Positions 11,201-23,483 of a DNA stretch of 64,000 nt are shown in pieces; position 1 is the stretch's first letter; each line of letters starts with the position of its first letter. Under the pieces are notes generated by a model. The model saw nothing but the letters and a program-made list of their open reading frames with translations, was not told the DNA's origin and did no database searches. This stretch comes from Eimeria praecox (lineage: Eukaryota), in the NCBI GenBank assembly GCA_963920595.1, contig OY986947.1:1736001-1800000 (forward strand), given 5' to 3'. The translations under genes and the position numbers were made by a program.

Positions 11201-13125
11201 CTCCAGGGAGAAGATTCACGCAAAACCAAAGGCTTCAACACGGCTAAAACCTCTACCGAACCACCAAACAGGGAGCACCAAAATGCATATCGTACCTAGT
11301 TGCTCCTGAGTCCTTATAGCTTCCGGATGTCTCAGGAACACATACCAAAAGGATGCTGCGGCGTTCTCCTTCAGAAGTTGCGACAGTAATTCCTCAATAA
11401 CAGTTCAGAGAGAGGAACAATAAATTTATCATCCTTCAGCCGTTGTATCCCTTTTACAAAGGGGAATGCATGCACACATACACACTGCCAACACATGTCA
11501 GGGATTGCGACAGTAATTCCTCAATAACAGTTCAGAGAGAGGAACAAAAGAGTATCATCCTTCTCGTTGGCAGCATGCTGAATGGCCGCGCCAAGTTAAT
11601 GGTGTAAGGTGAAATGGATCTAGCTGAACGCCGACGGGTACTCTACAGGCCCGTCCGTAAGCACCAAGCCTACATGGCTCTCAGCAGTTGTTTTAACGCG
11701 GCTTAGAAGTTAAGCAATGCATCGTGCCCCACCAAGCCACGCAGATACCCTGCTTGATTCATCCACCAACTATAAATGCACGCGTACATAAGTCATTCTC
11801 GTGTTTCAGCGAACCTCAGTTTCAGCACTACAATTAATCAAAATTTGATTCATAGGACATGGATTATAATGTCGTCATCGGAAACGCTGATGAAATAAAA
11901 TTAGGAAATGATAAACCTTTTCAGTGCGATAAGGGATGCGTTCGCAGTTTGCTCATCACGGAAATCAGCGAGATTCCCATGAGCGAATGGCTCATCCTCA
12001 AGGTGTCCTAAATATGTATTTGCACGCACAACACAACATCCAGCTACTCACACTAAAACACAAAAGCACGCAAAACGTAGCTGCTGTTTCTATATATAGG
12101 CTAGATGAGTATATCAGGCAATGCTCTTGACCGATCCTCATCAAAGCAAGTAGCTGCAGAAGCAGAACTGGCTTGAGGTCATATTTCATCCGCAGATGCA
12201 AACGAAACGCAGATAAGCAAAGACATTACCACCATATTCACGCCCCAGTTACTTACAAAAAATAAATCAGAGAAATACGACGCATTATGCACACAAATAC
12301 AGATACTCACTCATGCGGTGTAATGCTGCATTCATCAGTTATGTCAAGTTACGTCATCGGTAGTCCGATATATGCTTGTCATTAAAATTCATCACCATTC
12401 CTCTCCTGCAGCCATTAACACCCTAGAAACAAAAACTGCACCCCATCATGCGTTCTCCTGCCTGCACTCATCAGCAAAGTGAGAATAGCGAGATGGAGCT
12501 TGATTCATAACTTTTTAGCAGTCGTGTATATTCCATGCACCAGAATTGACAAGGCAATAAATAGCTTAGTCTAGGCTAGCACATGGCAGTACGTCAACTG
12601 CACATAAAACATAAAACTCTGTAAAGTTAGTTGGACGCATCGTCTTAGCCAGTGCTCGCTCTCAGTCGAAAGATGGTGATTTGACTTGTAATCATCACAG
12701 GCAATCCGTATATAAGTAATAACTCCATCACCGAGGAAGCACGGGTTCTTGCAAACTACTTCTCTACATCACTTAGCAATGCCACTTTAATAGTGCAACT
12801 CAAAGGGCACAGAAACGTTGTATCACACATCATGAAGTTTTCTTAAATTTCACGTCTGAAGAGATGGAAGCGACAAACTGCCACGTTCTGCTTGCCGCAG
12901 GGAAAATCGTATCGCTCCCGCGTTAGAAGTATTTGCAGCTAGTTTAACGCAACTGGAGAACAGCAGCTCCGAGAAGCGCTGATAAACTGCTATTAAACAA
13001 CGTGTGAAGGGCATGGTAATGAGCAACGCCATCAGACAGGGATAACTGGTTCAAATGGTTTCCACAAGACATGCTTTCGGAAGCCAAGCGTTGTGGAGTC
13101 ATCCCAGCGGCGCAAACAGCATGTT

Positions 13126-13272
13126 AGGTGTTGCAGAATGTATCGACAGCAAGCTAGAAGGCACCAAACAGGCGGAGCTTGCTGCCGCGAATATGCTGCT
13201 ACCCAATGTCGCAAGATGAAAGGGTCAATGCGCCACAAGAGCAAGGCACACAGACTGAGTTTCTTGCGCAAG
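13126..13272 (-). ncRNA. H/ACA-like snoRNA candidate
   Basis: Two hairpins (CGCAAGA/TCTTGCG at about 13210-13268; GCAG..CAGCAAGCT/AGCTTGCTG..CTGC at about 13133-13199); ACA (13131-13129) lies 15 nt from the upper stem; hinge ACAUUG is an imperfect H box. Confidence 0.55.
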
Positions 13273-13344
13273 TAGAGCACAAGCAAGAATGAATATACAT
13301 GTGTGAGGAAAGCCTTGCAATGGACAATGAGGAACACACTCTTG

Positions 13345-13419
13345 CATTTCAGACTGGGGCGACAAATAATGTCGACAGGAAAAGCTTCCGACTGTCAGAG
13401 ATTGTCAATCATCAGAATG
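13345..13419 (-). ncRNA. Box C/D snoRNA, snR67/U31-like (P-loop, yeast Gm2619 = E. coli Gm2251), copy 1
   Basis: Box D 13352-13349 followed by ACTGGGGCGACA (D+5 = P-loop G); D' CGGA followed by ACTGTCAGAG (18S-like); box C CTGATGA 13415-13409; terminal stem CTTGCATT/AATGCAAG. Confidence 0.88.
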
Positions 13420-13489
13420 CAAGCAGCGGCCTATGTACTTCGGCTATTAAGTTGTTAAAACAAACAAAACACTCCGCATATAAAGCATG

Positions 13490-13563
13490 CTTCTCAGCCT
13501 GGGGCGACAAGACTGTCGACAGAAGATATTTCCGCCTGTCAGAGATTGTCAATCATCATGAAG
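13490..13563 (-). ncRNA. Box C/D snoRNA, snR67/U31-like, copy 2
   Basis: Box D 13497-13494 followed by CCTGGGGCGACA; D' CGGA followed by CCTGTCAGAG; box C ATGATGA 13559-13553; stem ATGCTTC/GAAGCAT. Confidence 0.88.
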
Positions 13564-13677
13564 CATTCAAACAGCCGCACTGCTAGTTCACAAAAGTCGC
13601 TGGAAAGTACAGAGCCAAAGACATCCGATTTAAAAAAAACAATAGGCTTTGAAGCGTCCGAAAGTTGAAAAAAAATG

Positions 13678-15709
13678 TCATGAATCGACTTCTATTGCTT
13701 CCACTTGCTTCTGTTCTTCAGCAAGTGCGAGCAGTGCACGCTGCTGCTGCTCGAGCAATAAAGCGGGTTGCTGGGCCGCTAGCTCCCTACGGATTTCAGG
13801 TCCAACCTTATCATGAAAATAGATCTTTAGAACCTCTTTCAACTTCGCTCTCTGCGACGATGTCAGGTTGACTGAGCACACACCAGCAAAGAGCGCCACA
13901 AAATGTAAACAGCGCTTCCGTTGTCCGCCAAATTCTGCAAATACCACGCTACAGGGATTCAGGAAGCCCTTCAAGCAAGCGTACCTTTGTACCGTTGTAC
14001 AAGAACGAGAAGACACTTGTGCCAGGCAACCGTCACCTTTACTTCACGTGAAAGGAAACGGTGAAAATGGTTGACACATTCGTCAATAGCCTGAACAAAC
14101 AAGCAGAGCAAGGCGGAATGAACTGATTTCGATTTACCAGCGGGAATAAGCGACCTGCCGTAAATGTTGCGAGGAAGGCCACAGATAGACGCTGCAAACA
14201 ATTTTGCAAGGTGAAAAAGGGTCTCCAGCAACCAGTGAATGCCGAGGCCGAGTGTGCCTTGCAGCCTTTAGCATATCCGGCAAAACCAGTGTAGCAGCCG
14301 AACGCACCTGGGTTGGAAGAGAGTACTTCTTGTCAATCAACACAGTCATCATGTGGCTGACTGACGGAATCCACTGGTCAGGCTCGACAGCAGCCAGTCT
14401 AAAAAGGGCTGCCGCGCCGTGGAGGACTGGAATCGAGACCTTCGCCACAACGCTCCCAACAATTATCGCCTCTCTAATGGTGCACCCCTGCAGAGAAGCA
14501 AAACATGCTCTCGCAACAACCACGTCATTCGATTTGAATGAATGTCGAAATGCTGTCGTACGACTGCTCGAACCAACGAAGGCTTGCTTACATTGAGTGC
14601 CAGGGGCAGGTAGATACCCTTGAAGAAAGCGCCTGGTTTGAACAGAGCTTTTTTAAGAGCCATGTAGAGATGGCAGTTTAGTTTTTTGTTTTCTGCAATA
14701 TCGTCTCGAACCGCTGGAAGGAGCACCGTGCACAAGAACCTCTGGGCCATGGCCTCCCGCAAGTTGCTACAGAAAATACGCGTCGCCTCCCTGGTGGCCT
14801 GCTTTGACCATAATGGCGGGTTGGTGAGCACGAGCACCTCCTCCCACGCATGAAGTCGAGGTATGATTTTGAACGCCTTGGGCATTTTCCCACTTCTGTA
14901 GCGCGCGAGGAACGGCGCCATTGCCGAGTACACCTCAACGACTTTTGGCGACAAGCTGGACTCCGGCGCTTCCACCTTCTCAGACGCGGTCTCGGTTTGT
15001 TTTTTCAGCTGTTCCATCACGAGATCGGCCAGATTCGTTGTACCGCGCGCGATGTCTCCAGCCCTCTGCTTGTAAAAGGCTGCATCCTCCTCGTCTTCCT
15101 CGCAGTCCAACACGACGAAGCCATCCTCGTCAGCCTCCTCCTCTTCACCAGAGTCCCTGCCCTCCTCATCCGACCCACTTGCAACACCTTCTCTGCAGAC
15201 GTGCAAACCAAAACCCATAAATACGGTCGTTCAGCCCCTGAAATATGCGCCAATTACGGATTGGGAATCGGCACCATACGGATGCCTGTGCAAAACAATG
15301 ACAGTTGACTCACGCCTTCTGCTGCTCCTCCACAAGCTTCAGCAGTTTCTTGCCGAGCTTTGCAGGTAGCATCGCATTCTCCGCAGCCTCCTCTCGACTC
15401 GTCGCTTCAACTGCTTCGGCATCTTCGAAAGCTTCTCTTATCTTCTTGTTGCGGTAAGCGTTTATTGCGCCCCCTGGTAGAGGAACGCCCTGCGCGTCCA
15501 GGACGTCCTCATGTAACGGGTTGTGACGGTAGGCGCCCTTGCGCCGTTTGCGCTCCGCTTTAGGCCTGAGCGCGAAAACCGTACAAATGCAGCACACCAC
15601 CAATGGGGTTCTGTAGCTCCAAGGGACGTTATCATCCGCAATGAGAACAAGGTGCAAATGATGCACAGACAGAAGCAAGTCCTCGGTCGCTCACATATTA
15701 CGGCGTCAT
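13678..15709 (-). CDS. BYSL: Bystin/Enp1 (40S biogenesis factor); exons about 15709-15702, 15565-15314, 15192-14592, 14487-14308, 14090-13985, 13871-13678
   Basis: Motifs [89 protein letters not shown]; phase-consistent GT-AG introns; first micro-exon tentative. Confidence 0.95.
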
Positions 15710-16301
15710 GGGCTGCTGAAGAAACGTATTGCTGCGATCTACAGGCGAATTCCCTGTATTTAATCAAGAAACTTTCTGCCAGCGCCGATCGAGGCTGCGA
15801 TTGCCTGGAAAATGGCAGTGCATAAGGCCCTACAAGCCTGCTGTAGGGAAATAAGTTAGATCCAGTGAAAGTACAAAGACAACTAGAAATAAATAGCCTT
15901 AGCTTGAGGTAATGATGAAACCCTACAGCTACAAGTCCTTCAACAGAGCAAAGCTGCCGTGTCGTGTGGGGACCGAAGTCCCGGTTCAAGGCGGCAGCCC
16001 TGCAAGCTTCAAGACAAAAACGGAGACTGGTCCGAACAATTATACGGAACTACTTGCACGCAAATGGGAAACAAATATGATCCCTAATGCTCGCAGACGA
16101 GATTCTTCTTTCAGGGCAGTGCAGCAGCAATGTGGGGAGAAGGCGCTGGGTCTGCACCCGGTAGCATAGCGGCCAGCCCCTGCCGAGTTATGGGGCCATA
16201 TGTTGCCTTCAAACTGCTTGAAGAGAACTGCCTCTTCTGTTGCATTTCTGTGGAGTTTGCCGACATCTTTTCTCTTCATTCCGATAATAAGGCGATCGAA
16301 A

Positions 16302-17127
16302 ATGTCGGTCTCGACAGGAATCCGTGGTGCGTTGCTCCCCAGGCATTTGCTGCTGTGGCTCCGTGGCACCCCACCACCAGAAGGCTAGGCTGTTTCTCTC
16401 CCTTTACCTCACCACTGCGTTTATTGTTTGGAAATTTTTCCATTCAAACCAAATGCTGATCTGTTGTCGATTCCATTGCGCCGATGTTTCGAGCTCGGCT
16501 GCCGTGCATGTGGCACACATCAGATCTCCAGGGACGGGGTTTTCTCCGTCACAACTCCCGGTGTTCTGAAGCGGAAGGCGCCAACTGCTTGCTGAGGCGT
16601 CAGCTAGTTGCCTGAAGCACTCTAGTGGACGCGCCACATTTTTTGCTGATGAGAGAACTCACGATGACTGGTGTTGTGCTTATCTACACAATGAACTGCT
16701 GCATGTAGTTCCTTGACGCGAATAGTTGGCTTGCATGACAAACATTTGGGTTGGCTTTCGTTTATTTCAGGACCTATTCAAGTCTCGTGTGAAGTTGTGT
16801 TGGGTGTCTGTGCTGTTGTTGCTGTTTTCAGTTGGCCTCAACAAGGGGTTCCTCGTGACGAAGAGGACACCTCCAGTTCGTCCTTCCCGCAGAAAGGGAA
16901 AGAAGACGACTCGAGTTCAGGCTATTCGTGAAATCATTCGCCAGGTTGCTGGGTTCGCTCCTTATGAGCGCCGCGTGCTGGATTTGATCAAGATCGGCAC
17001 TGCAGCCACCACGAAGCGCGCCCTCAAGTTCGCAAAGAAGCGCCTCGGGACCCACAAGAGAGGAAAGGCGAAGCGCGAGGAGCTCACAAACGTCGCCGCA
17101 GCCATGAAGAAGAAAGCTGCGGCATAA
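16302..17127 (+). CDS. RPL36: 60S ribosomal protein L36 (eL36); exons 16302-16326 and 16832-17127
   Basis: Spliced product [15 protein letters not shown]...[14 protein letters not shown]...[23 protein letters not shown]. Confidence 0.97.
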
Positions 17128-19036
17128 TGCACTAGCCTTATGCACACACCTGAGGTCACGCTGCGGGGCTGCGGGGCTACCTTGGGCGGCAAGGCAAGGC
17201 CAGCCTAAGCCTCAGCAGCTTAGTCAAGCTGCAGCTGCATTAGGGCTGCATGGCGAATAAGGGGAACAGCGGAAGAGGTATCAGAGTTGTTTTGTGGAGG
17301 TTGAAGAAACCTGTTCGACTCAATTCTTATTTTTGCAGCATCTTCCCGCACCTTCTGTGCGCTCAGGGCTACTCTATAGGTTTCAGATGACACAATGGGG
17401 GCACTGACAGAACCATACAGCGCATGCATGGGAAAATTTAGCTAGCATCATCACTTTTAACTCATTGCCATTCGAGTACTTCAAAGGTCCCTTGGGCGGC
17501 ATTAGCTAGCCTTGCTGTATGCTGCAATGAACGAAGGTGTACAAATCATTAGTATGGGGGCAGCCGCCTTGTGCATTCTTAGAGAGAAGTAGCGTGCATG
17601 TTGTCGTATCTGCATTGGGGCATGGTACCGCTTTCTCTGAAACAGCGGCAGATGCATCGGTAGTAGGCCATTCAGCTCGGCCTGCTTAGGTGGTGATCTC
17701 AGTAACGAAGTGTGGCTCTTTGCTTTTCTAAGTTGGAAAGGACTGCGCAGGAGGCCAGTGGTACAACGTGTATTGAGCTGAGTAGCCCTACGCAGTTTCC
17801 GCAGAATTCCATTTATGCGCGTCGTGCATACAGGCATTTGTCCTCGTCTGCGGGGAAATGTGCCTTGGCGGACGAGAGGCTTCTGAGGGAATCGATTGAG
17901 CACGAGGGGCTGCAGACGACTACATAGGCTGGGATGTTTCGGGCATACATATAAATGTAAGGGCATGTCTGTGCATCGTTGTAGCACGAGTTCTCGCGCC
18001 CTGCAGTGCGGGAGTGAAAACCGCGAAAGACGGGGTGCTTGCGTTTCCCTCGATGCCAAAATGTGAGCTCTTATACCCCCTCTGCGCATTGTGATCATAA
18101 GCAGCACATTGAGCCTATAATCAGGACCCTGATTTAGGCAGTTGCATCGCCGGTATGGCCCACTGAATTTAAAAATCTTCGCGAAGTTGTAATGCACTGC
18201 AAATTTCCCGAGTGTATTCGAGGTGACCTCAGGAAACCACCTGGTTCTTTGATATGTGGGGAAAGCGGGGGAACTTCGCACATCAGGCGCATTAATGAAT
18301 TCCTTTTATAGTTATTGGACACTAACAAAGAACATTTAGCGATATCCTAAGACACTGGCGGGTGAGCAATTGAACCGCAACTTTGTTCGGCGGCTGCTGC
18401 TCGTGACCGTACGGCGCACCCAGGGGATGTGGAAAGGAGAAAGAATGAAGTTTGCCTTCTTTTTAAGGTGGTTTGTGTGCAATGTGGAGGCCGCAGAGGG
18501 GATTCTGAGATATGCAAAGACATGCAGCTCCACTGCCAGCCTGTTGATTCCGTGGCTCGGGGTGACCTGAAAGCGGCGCATGCATTTGCCATTGGCTACA
18601 GGAAATTTCGTCTTTGAACTCCAACATCTGTAAAATTATTTTGATGTGAAATGTTGACTTATTTCGAGTTGCTGATAAAACGCTGGTGTGCGGGTCCGTT
18701 TGCTATCAACACCGCAGTGTTCCTTTGCAACCCTGCAATCTGCACAGCTGCTGCTCAACTTCTCGGCGAGTCCGAAACATTAATGGTATGAAACCTCCAT
18801 CTTAGAGTACGATGTGGCTTAATGTATTCGACAAAGCTTGGAAACATCATTTGTTTGGGTCTCGGGAAGCATGCAGTGTAGACAGAACCGGTCGGATCGG
18901 GGTTTGGCCTTGCTGACCAGAAACCGTCGAATTTTTGTATCTTCTCCCCCCTATTTTATCTTCGTTTAGTCACACGACCATCCAGCGGCAGTATAGTTAA
19001 TAAATGAATGCGGATTTACTAGTGTAATACAGCAAA

Positions 19037-22000
19037 ATGGCCCGCAAAAGCTTTCGCACGTCCCGGGTGGGAGCGGGCGATTGGATGACAGAAATGATAA
19101 GGGCAATTGTCGACGACAGCTCACTCGAATCTCTAGGTATATCAGCAGAAGATGCGGGGAAAGCGGTAGCCAGGAACGTCTTTCCAGTTATTAAGAAGCG
19201 TATTGCATTCATCGTGGGGTACACCGGAAGCAGTTTTGAAGCAGCCCTGGTGGACGAAATCACCCAGGGAGAGGGGCCAATTTCATCTCTTGAACTTCTG
19301 GAGAAAGTCAAAGAGGCGTCACAACGGATTAAAGAACTTGTGCGTCTCCCGCCCTTAGAACCACGAAGGTCACAACGCGTTAGGCACACAGTCCCGCAGG
19401 TGCCCCCATGTAGCCTACTGCCCATTTCAGACGCTTGACGCTCCCCAGTACTAGGGATTCCAGTAGCTTAAATCTTCGGAATGTGTAGTGATGCTTAGAA
19501 AGTTGTCTTAGTCCTTTGCATGTCCAGTAAGGTACCCCAAACTGTCAGCATCCGAGGCGGCGTACTTCTCGCCTCTTCAACACATGTTAAAGGCTCATCA
19601 CTCCCTAGCGTAGTGCACAAGCTGACGTATATCAGGCCTCTATACGAGCATTAAAATGTGTACGGCCTTTAAATGGGTTATTGAGGAGCCTCTGGGCTCC
19701 AGCGGCACAGAAAGTCTGCAGCTGCCTGTTCCTTGGGGCGTGCAGACGGGGATTATTGAGAGTCAGTCTGAGAAAATGCGGGAGTTGGAATCAAACCTTG
19801 CCCAAGCAAATGAGTTCCTCGACAAAGTGGAAAACGTCAAAGAAGATGCGCTTACTGCAGCGGAGAAGAGCAAGGAGTTTGTACGTTACAGAAAACACTG
19901 GCTGTACAGTGGGCTTCTCCCTTGCAGGCTGCAGACAAAGGTAAATTATGTATCAAAAATTATGTATCAGCTCTTTAAGGCAAGCATGTGATGCCTGCCG
20001 ATTAACAGGCCAAGAAAGAAGAAGAAAAGTTTCCTAAGACCAACAAGGAATTCTTAGAACAGCTTCGTTCAGAACTGCGAGAGGAAGTCGCCCTTGAGCT
20101 CGCCGAACAGGCTACAGCGGCTACGGCAGCATCAAATACAGAAACGGCTGAAAAAGAAGTACAGACAGACCCCGTGTCGTTGGAGCCCGCTGCCAGTACA
20201 CCGGAGTCGGTGCCTGTGGCACCGCCATCTGCCCCAGCGCCTGAGGCGTCCCCCGACACAAGTAGAGCAAATCAGCAGCTGACAGACGCAGACCGCGACC
20301 TCCTTCGCAGTTGCCTCGAGGAAATACGCCACCTGAATTCTACTCTTTCGAGTCATGCTGGTTCCCTGAGTGCTTGTCAGCAGAGTGACGTAAGAATGCA
20401 TGCAATATCTGTCCACCCTAGTTCACAAATGAGCAACTTCATTTGCGGAGGCTACCACAGCCGGCATGCAGGCCCATTCGTCCAAAAACAGTAGATGATC
20501 TAGTAGAGCAACGAGGGGCCAAGGAGTTGTTATCTCGGCTTTGTTGCAGGTCGCGGAGAGTCGACGGGGTGTATCGTTGCGCAACTCCTGCGTAGGCACT
20601 TCCGAAGGCGTTCTGGGGGGCCACCAGGGTACTGTGTACGAGCACGTGCCATTGACTACTTTGCATCTTAGTCCCATTTATCGCGCTCACCCCCAAAGAG
20701 AAGAACTGGGAAGCGCTCGCAGCATCCGGCTCTCGGCGCCTCTCTCACCTCACGGGCGGCTGCAGTTGGAGCGGCCTTCAGAGGATCACAGCAATGCAGG
20801 AGGCCCCAGCTTGGGCCCCCTTTGCCCACCCAGTGAACCCACTTTCGCGGCAGCTGCTTCTGGGACCGTCAACAGGCCCTCTGTTGCTGTCGAAACAGCT
20901 ACGCTGCAAGACGCGCCGCAGCAGCAGACGTTTGTCAATGCGCATATGATGTCAGCAGAACTGCCAGAGGAGGTCAGCGTACCCCCCACGCAGGATTACT
21001 CCTTGCATCCTCCTTGCCCCCCCGCAGAGGGTAGCATTGCTTCTTCCTCACTTTCAAGAGAAGGGTCCACTCTCAAACCGCGCAAACCAGGAGCCACCAA
21101 GGCACAGGGGAAGCTTCAAATATCATTTGCTGATGAACCCCTCCTGACCTCCGACCCCCCCGGCAGCTCAAGCGCCTCTTCAACCATTTTCAACCAGACG
21201 GAAAACATGCAACACGCTCTTGACTCTCCGCAAGATCTGTCAGAGCCAGTTAAAGCAACAGGTTCGCAAGCAGACGCAATAAGTGCACTCCCTCCATAGT
21301 GCAAGGGCACCGCCGGTAGCGCTACTGCTGCTTTCAACCCACCTCAGGGCGGCAACGCTGCAGCAGCAACGCAAGCAGAGGATACGAGTTGGGTAAAACT
21401 GCACTGTAGACAAAGCGTCAACGGGCCATGAAAGTTGCAAGGGCACCTCCGGACAGTGGTAGTTAGCTGGCTAGCAGTGGAGGGGATACCGCTAAGGCGG
21501 CCTCTACCAAGCTGGCGCCTCATGCTCAAAAGTGACTTCAGGGAAAGCTGCCACGTCCTCAGGAACTTCTGACATATATTCTATCGGCACGTTTTGGCAG
21601 AAAACCTTCTAAAGTGACCTGCGCCCCGCTTCCACCGTGTTATATATATGTATGCGTATATGCATGTATATGTTTACATTAAGCCAAAGAAGTGGAACAA
21701 AGAGAAACCATGGCAGGCAGCTGCACCGGGAGATTGAACGCCAGCAGCCCAACAAGGGATTGTGACAGAGGGCTGAAGCAACCAAAAGTTTTGGCTGCAA
21801 AATGCATATGGGCTGCAGTGCCTGAATATTTGCTGCTTGCGCACTTTTGAAGAGAAGTGCATAACTGATTTGCTCCTCAGCATGACGGGTAAGCCGACGT
21901 GGTGGGCCTCGGAGGAGGAAGCTCCTAAACAATATGCGTGCTTTTATTGCAGCCGCAGAGACGCCAGAGAGGGAGAATCCTTCGCACGACTCCGGTGAGA

Positions 22001-23483
22001 AGGCGGCTTCTTCGGTCAGTGGAGTTCAGCAGCAGCAACAGCAGCAGACCACAGAGAAGAAGCCTGATGAGGGGCTCCAGGAGCAGAATGCTTCCCCTGG
22101 CGGAGGGGCTGCAAGTATTTCCTTGTCTCACACCAGCGTGGCAAACTCCCTTATTTCGGAAGGAGAGAGGCAAGCGACGGTGCAGGGAGAGAATAGTCCC
22201 GTGGAAGACCACCAGCACCCAGACCCGCAGCAACCGCAGCAGCAAGAGGAGCAGCCACGCCAGCATCAGCAAGAAGAGCAGCCAACAGAACAGCAGCAAG
22301 AAGAAGAGGCTGAGAGAGGCCAACAAGTGCAGCAAGAGCAGGAACAAGCGCAACAACACGATCGGCAGCAACAACAACTACAAGCGGCCGAGGGTTCGCG
22401 TTCAATGACAAGAGACAACAGCTTCTGCCTCCCCCCTGAGGCTATATTTGGGCAGCATGGGCCGCCTATTTGGCCAATGGTTACTGGAGGCCTCTCTTGG
22501 TACCGCAGCCACGAGACGAAGACAATTCCCCTTGCTCCGTTGCAGCGCCAGGTCCGCGCAGAGTTCAGGGAGACTGTGGTGCCCATAGAATGTACAGGCA
22601 CCCCTCTTTTGATGTGTCCAGGCAAGTCTGTAGCTGTACGTGCGCTGCGTCGGTGTGCCGGCATACCCTAGTTCTATCTCTATATATTTCTATCTATCTG
22701 CCTATCTGTCAATCTATTTATATGCATATATATATATATATATATATAATTGTGTACACACATTTATATTCATCTACACGTGAAGCCGCAAAGACAGTTG
22801 CAATGGCTGCCAATAGGCAGGGAGGACATTCACCTGCAGTCTTCAGCCGGCTTCAAAAGCTGCATGTACATTCCATGCAAGGGCCTCCTAAGATTTTTGG
22901 CCTTTCCACTTGAGGCTACACAATGAATGTCTATTTGGGGGCAGGTGCTTCTTTATCTGCAGATGCAGGGAGAGAACGCTACACAGAATTTTCGCAAGAA
23001 CTGCCAAGCGACGCCCCATCAGAACACAGGCCACCCTCCGCAGACACATCAAATTCGGTGTATATACCCCTGAAGGGATCGAAGCTCGGCACTGGCACTC
23101 GCAAACTCTCTAAAAAAGAACCCCGGCCAACCCCTGAATCTACATGCAAGACTTTGAATGATCTGCGTATTCGAAACCAGGTGCTGGAGACCCAGGTGTG
23201 TTCCTTGAAGACCAACTCAGGAATACAACCTCAACATATGCATACGGGAAAAGTATACAAACTCAGCAGTACTAGAGATAAGGGCTTCCCATATTGTGAA
23301 TTGCACTTCTTTTCATGTAGCTGCCGGGGAGAACACCACGCGTCGGTGCTATGTGAAGCTCTTCTGCTTTTGGGCCTTCAGGTTCTTGGCCTCTCCGTCG
23401 CACTTCGGCAGGCCCACGAGAGGCTCAACACACTGACAAGGGCTTCTGACACACTCAGGAATGGAGTACCCGTGCCAAAATGA
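19037..23483 (+). CDS. Multi-exon hypothetical protein with coiled-coil and Q/E-rich regions; exon structure approximate
   Basis: Series of same-strand ORFs (19037, 19656, 20174, 20541, 21934, 22923) with GT/AG boundaries; no recognised domain. Confidence 0.55.

Larger units (their letters stand above)
1..13105. repeat. Tandem array of a 2173-bp unit: six full periods starting at 1, 2174, 4347, 6520, 8693 and 10866, plus a partial copy at 13039-13104; runs off the left edge
   Basis: Identical ORFs recur every 2173 bp (253/2426/4599/6772/8945/11118); GGGATAACTGGTTCAAA recurs at each start; homology stops after GAGTCATCC at 13104. Confidence 0.99.

Noticed and set aside
253..13032. Repeated 60-67 aa ORFs in the array as protein genes
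   Set aside because: Short, mostly non-ATG starts, no recognisable motif, and several overlap well-supported snoRNA modules
1..13105. Array as rDNA, centromeric satellite or CRISPR
   Set aside because: rRNA matches are isolated 10-14-mers next to D boxes rather than continuous rRNA; no repeat-spacer structure; no evidence visible for a centromere
17502..18281. 259-aa minus-strand ORF
   Set aside because: Non-ATG start, atypical composition, no motif; probably intergenic or UTR
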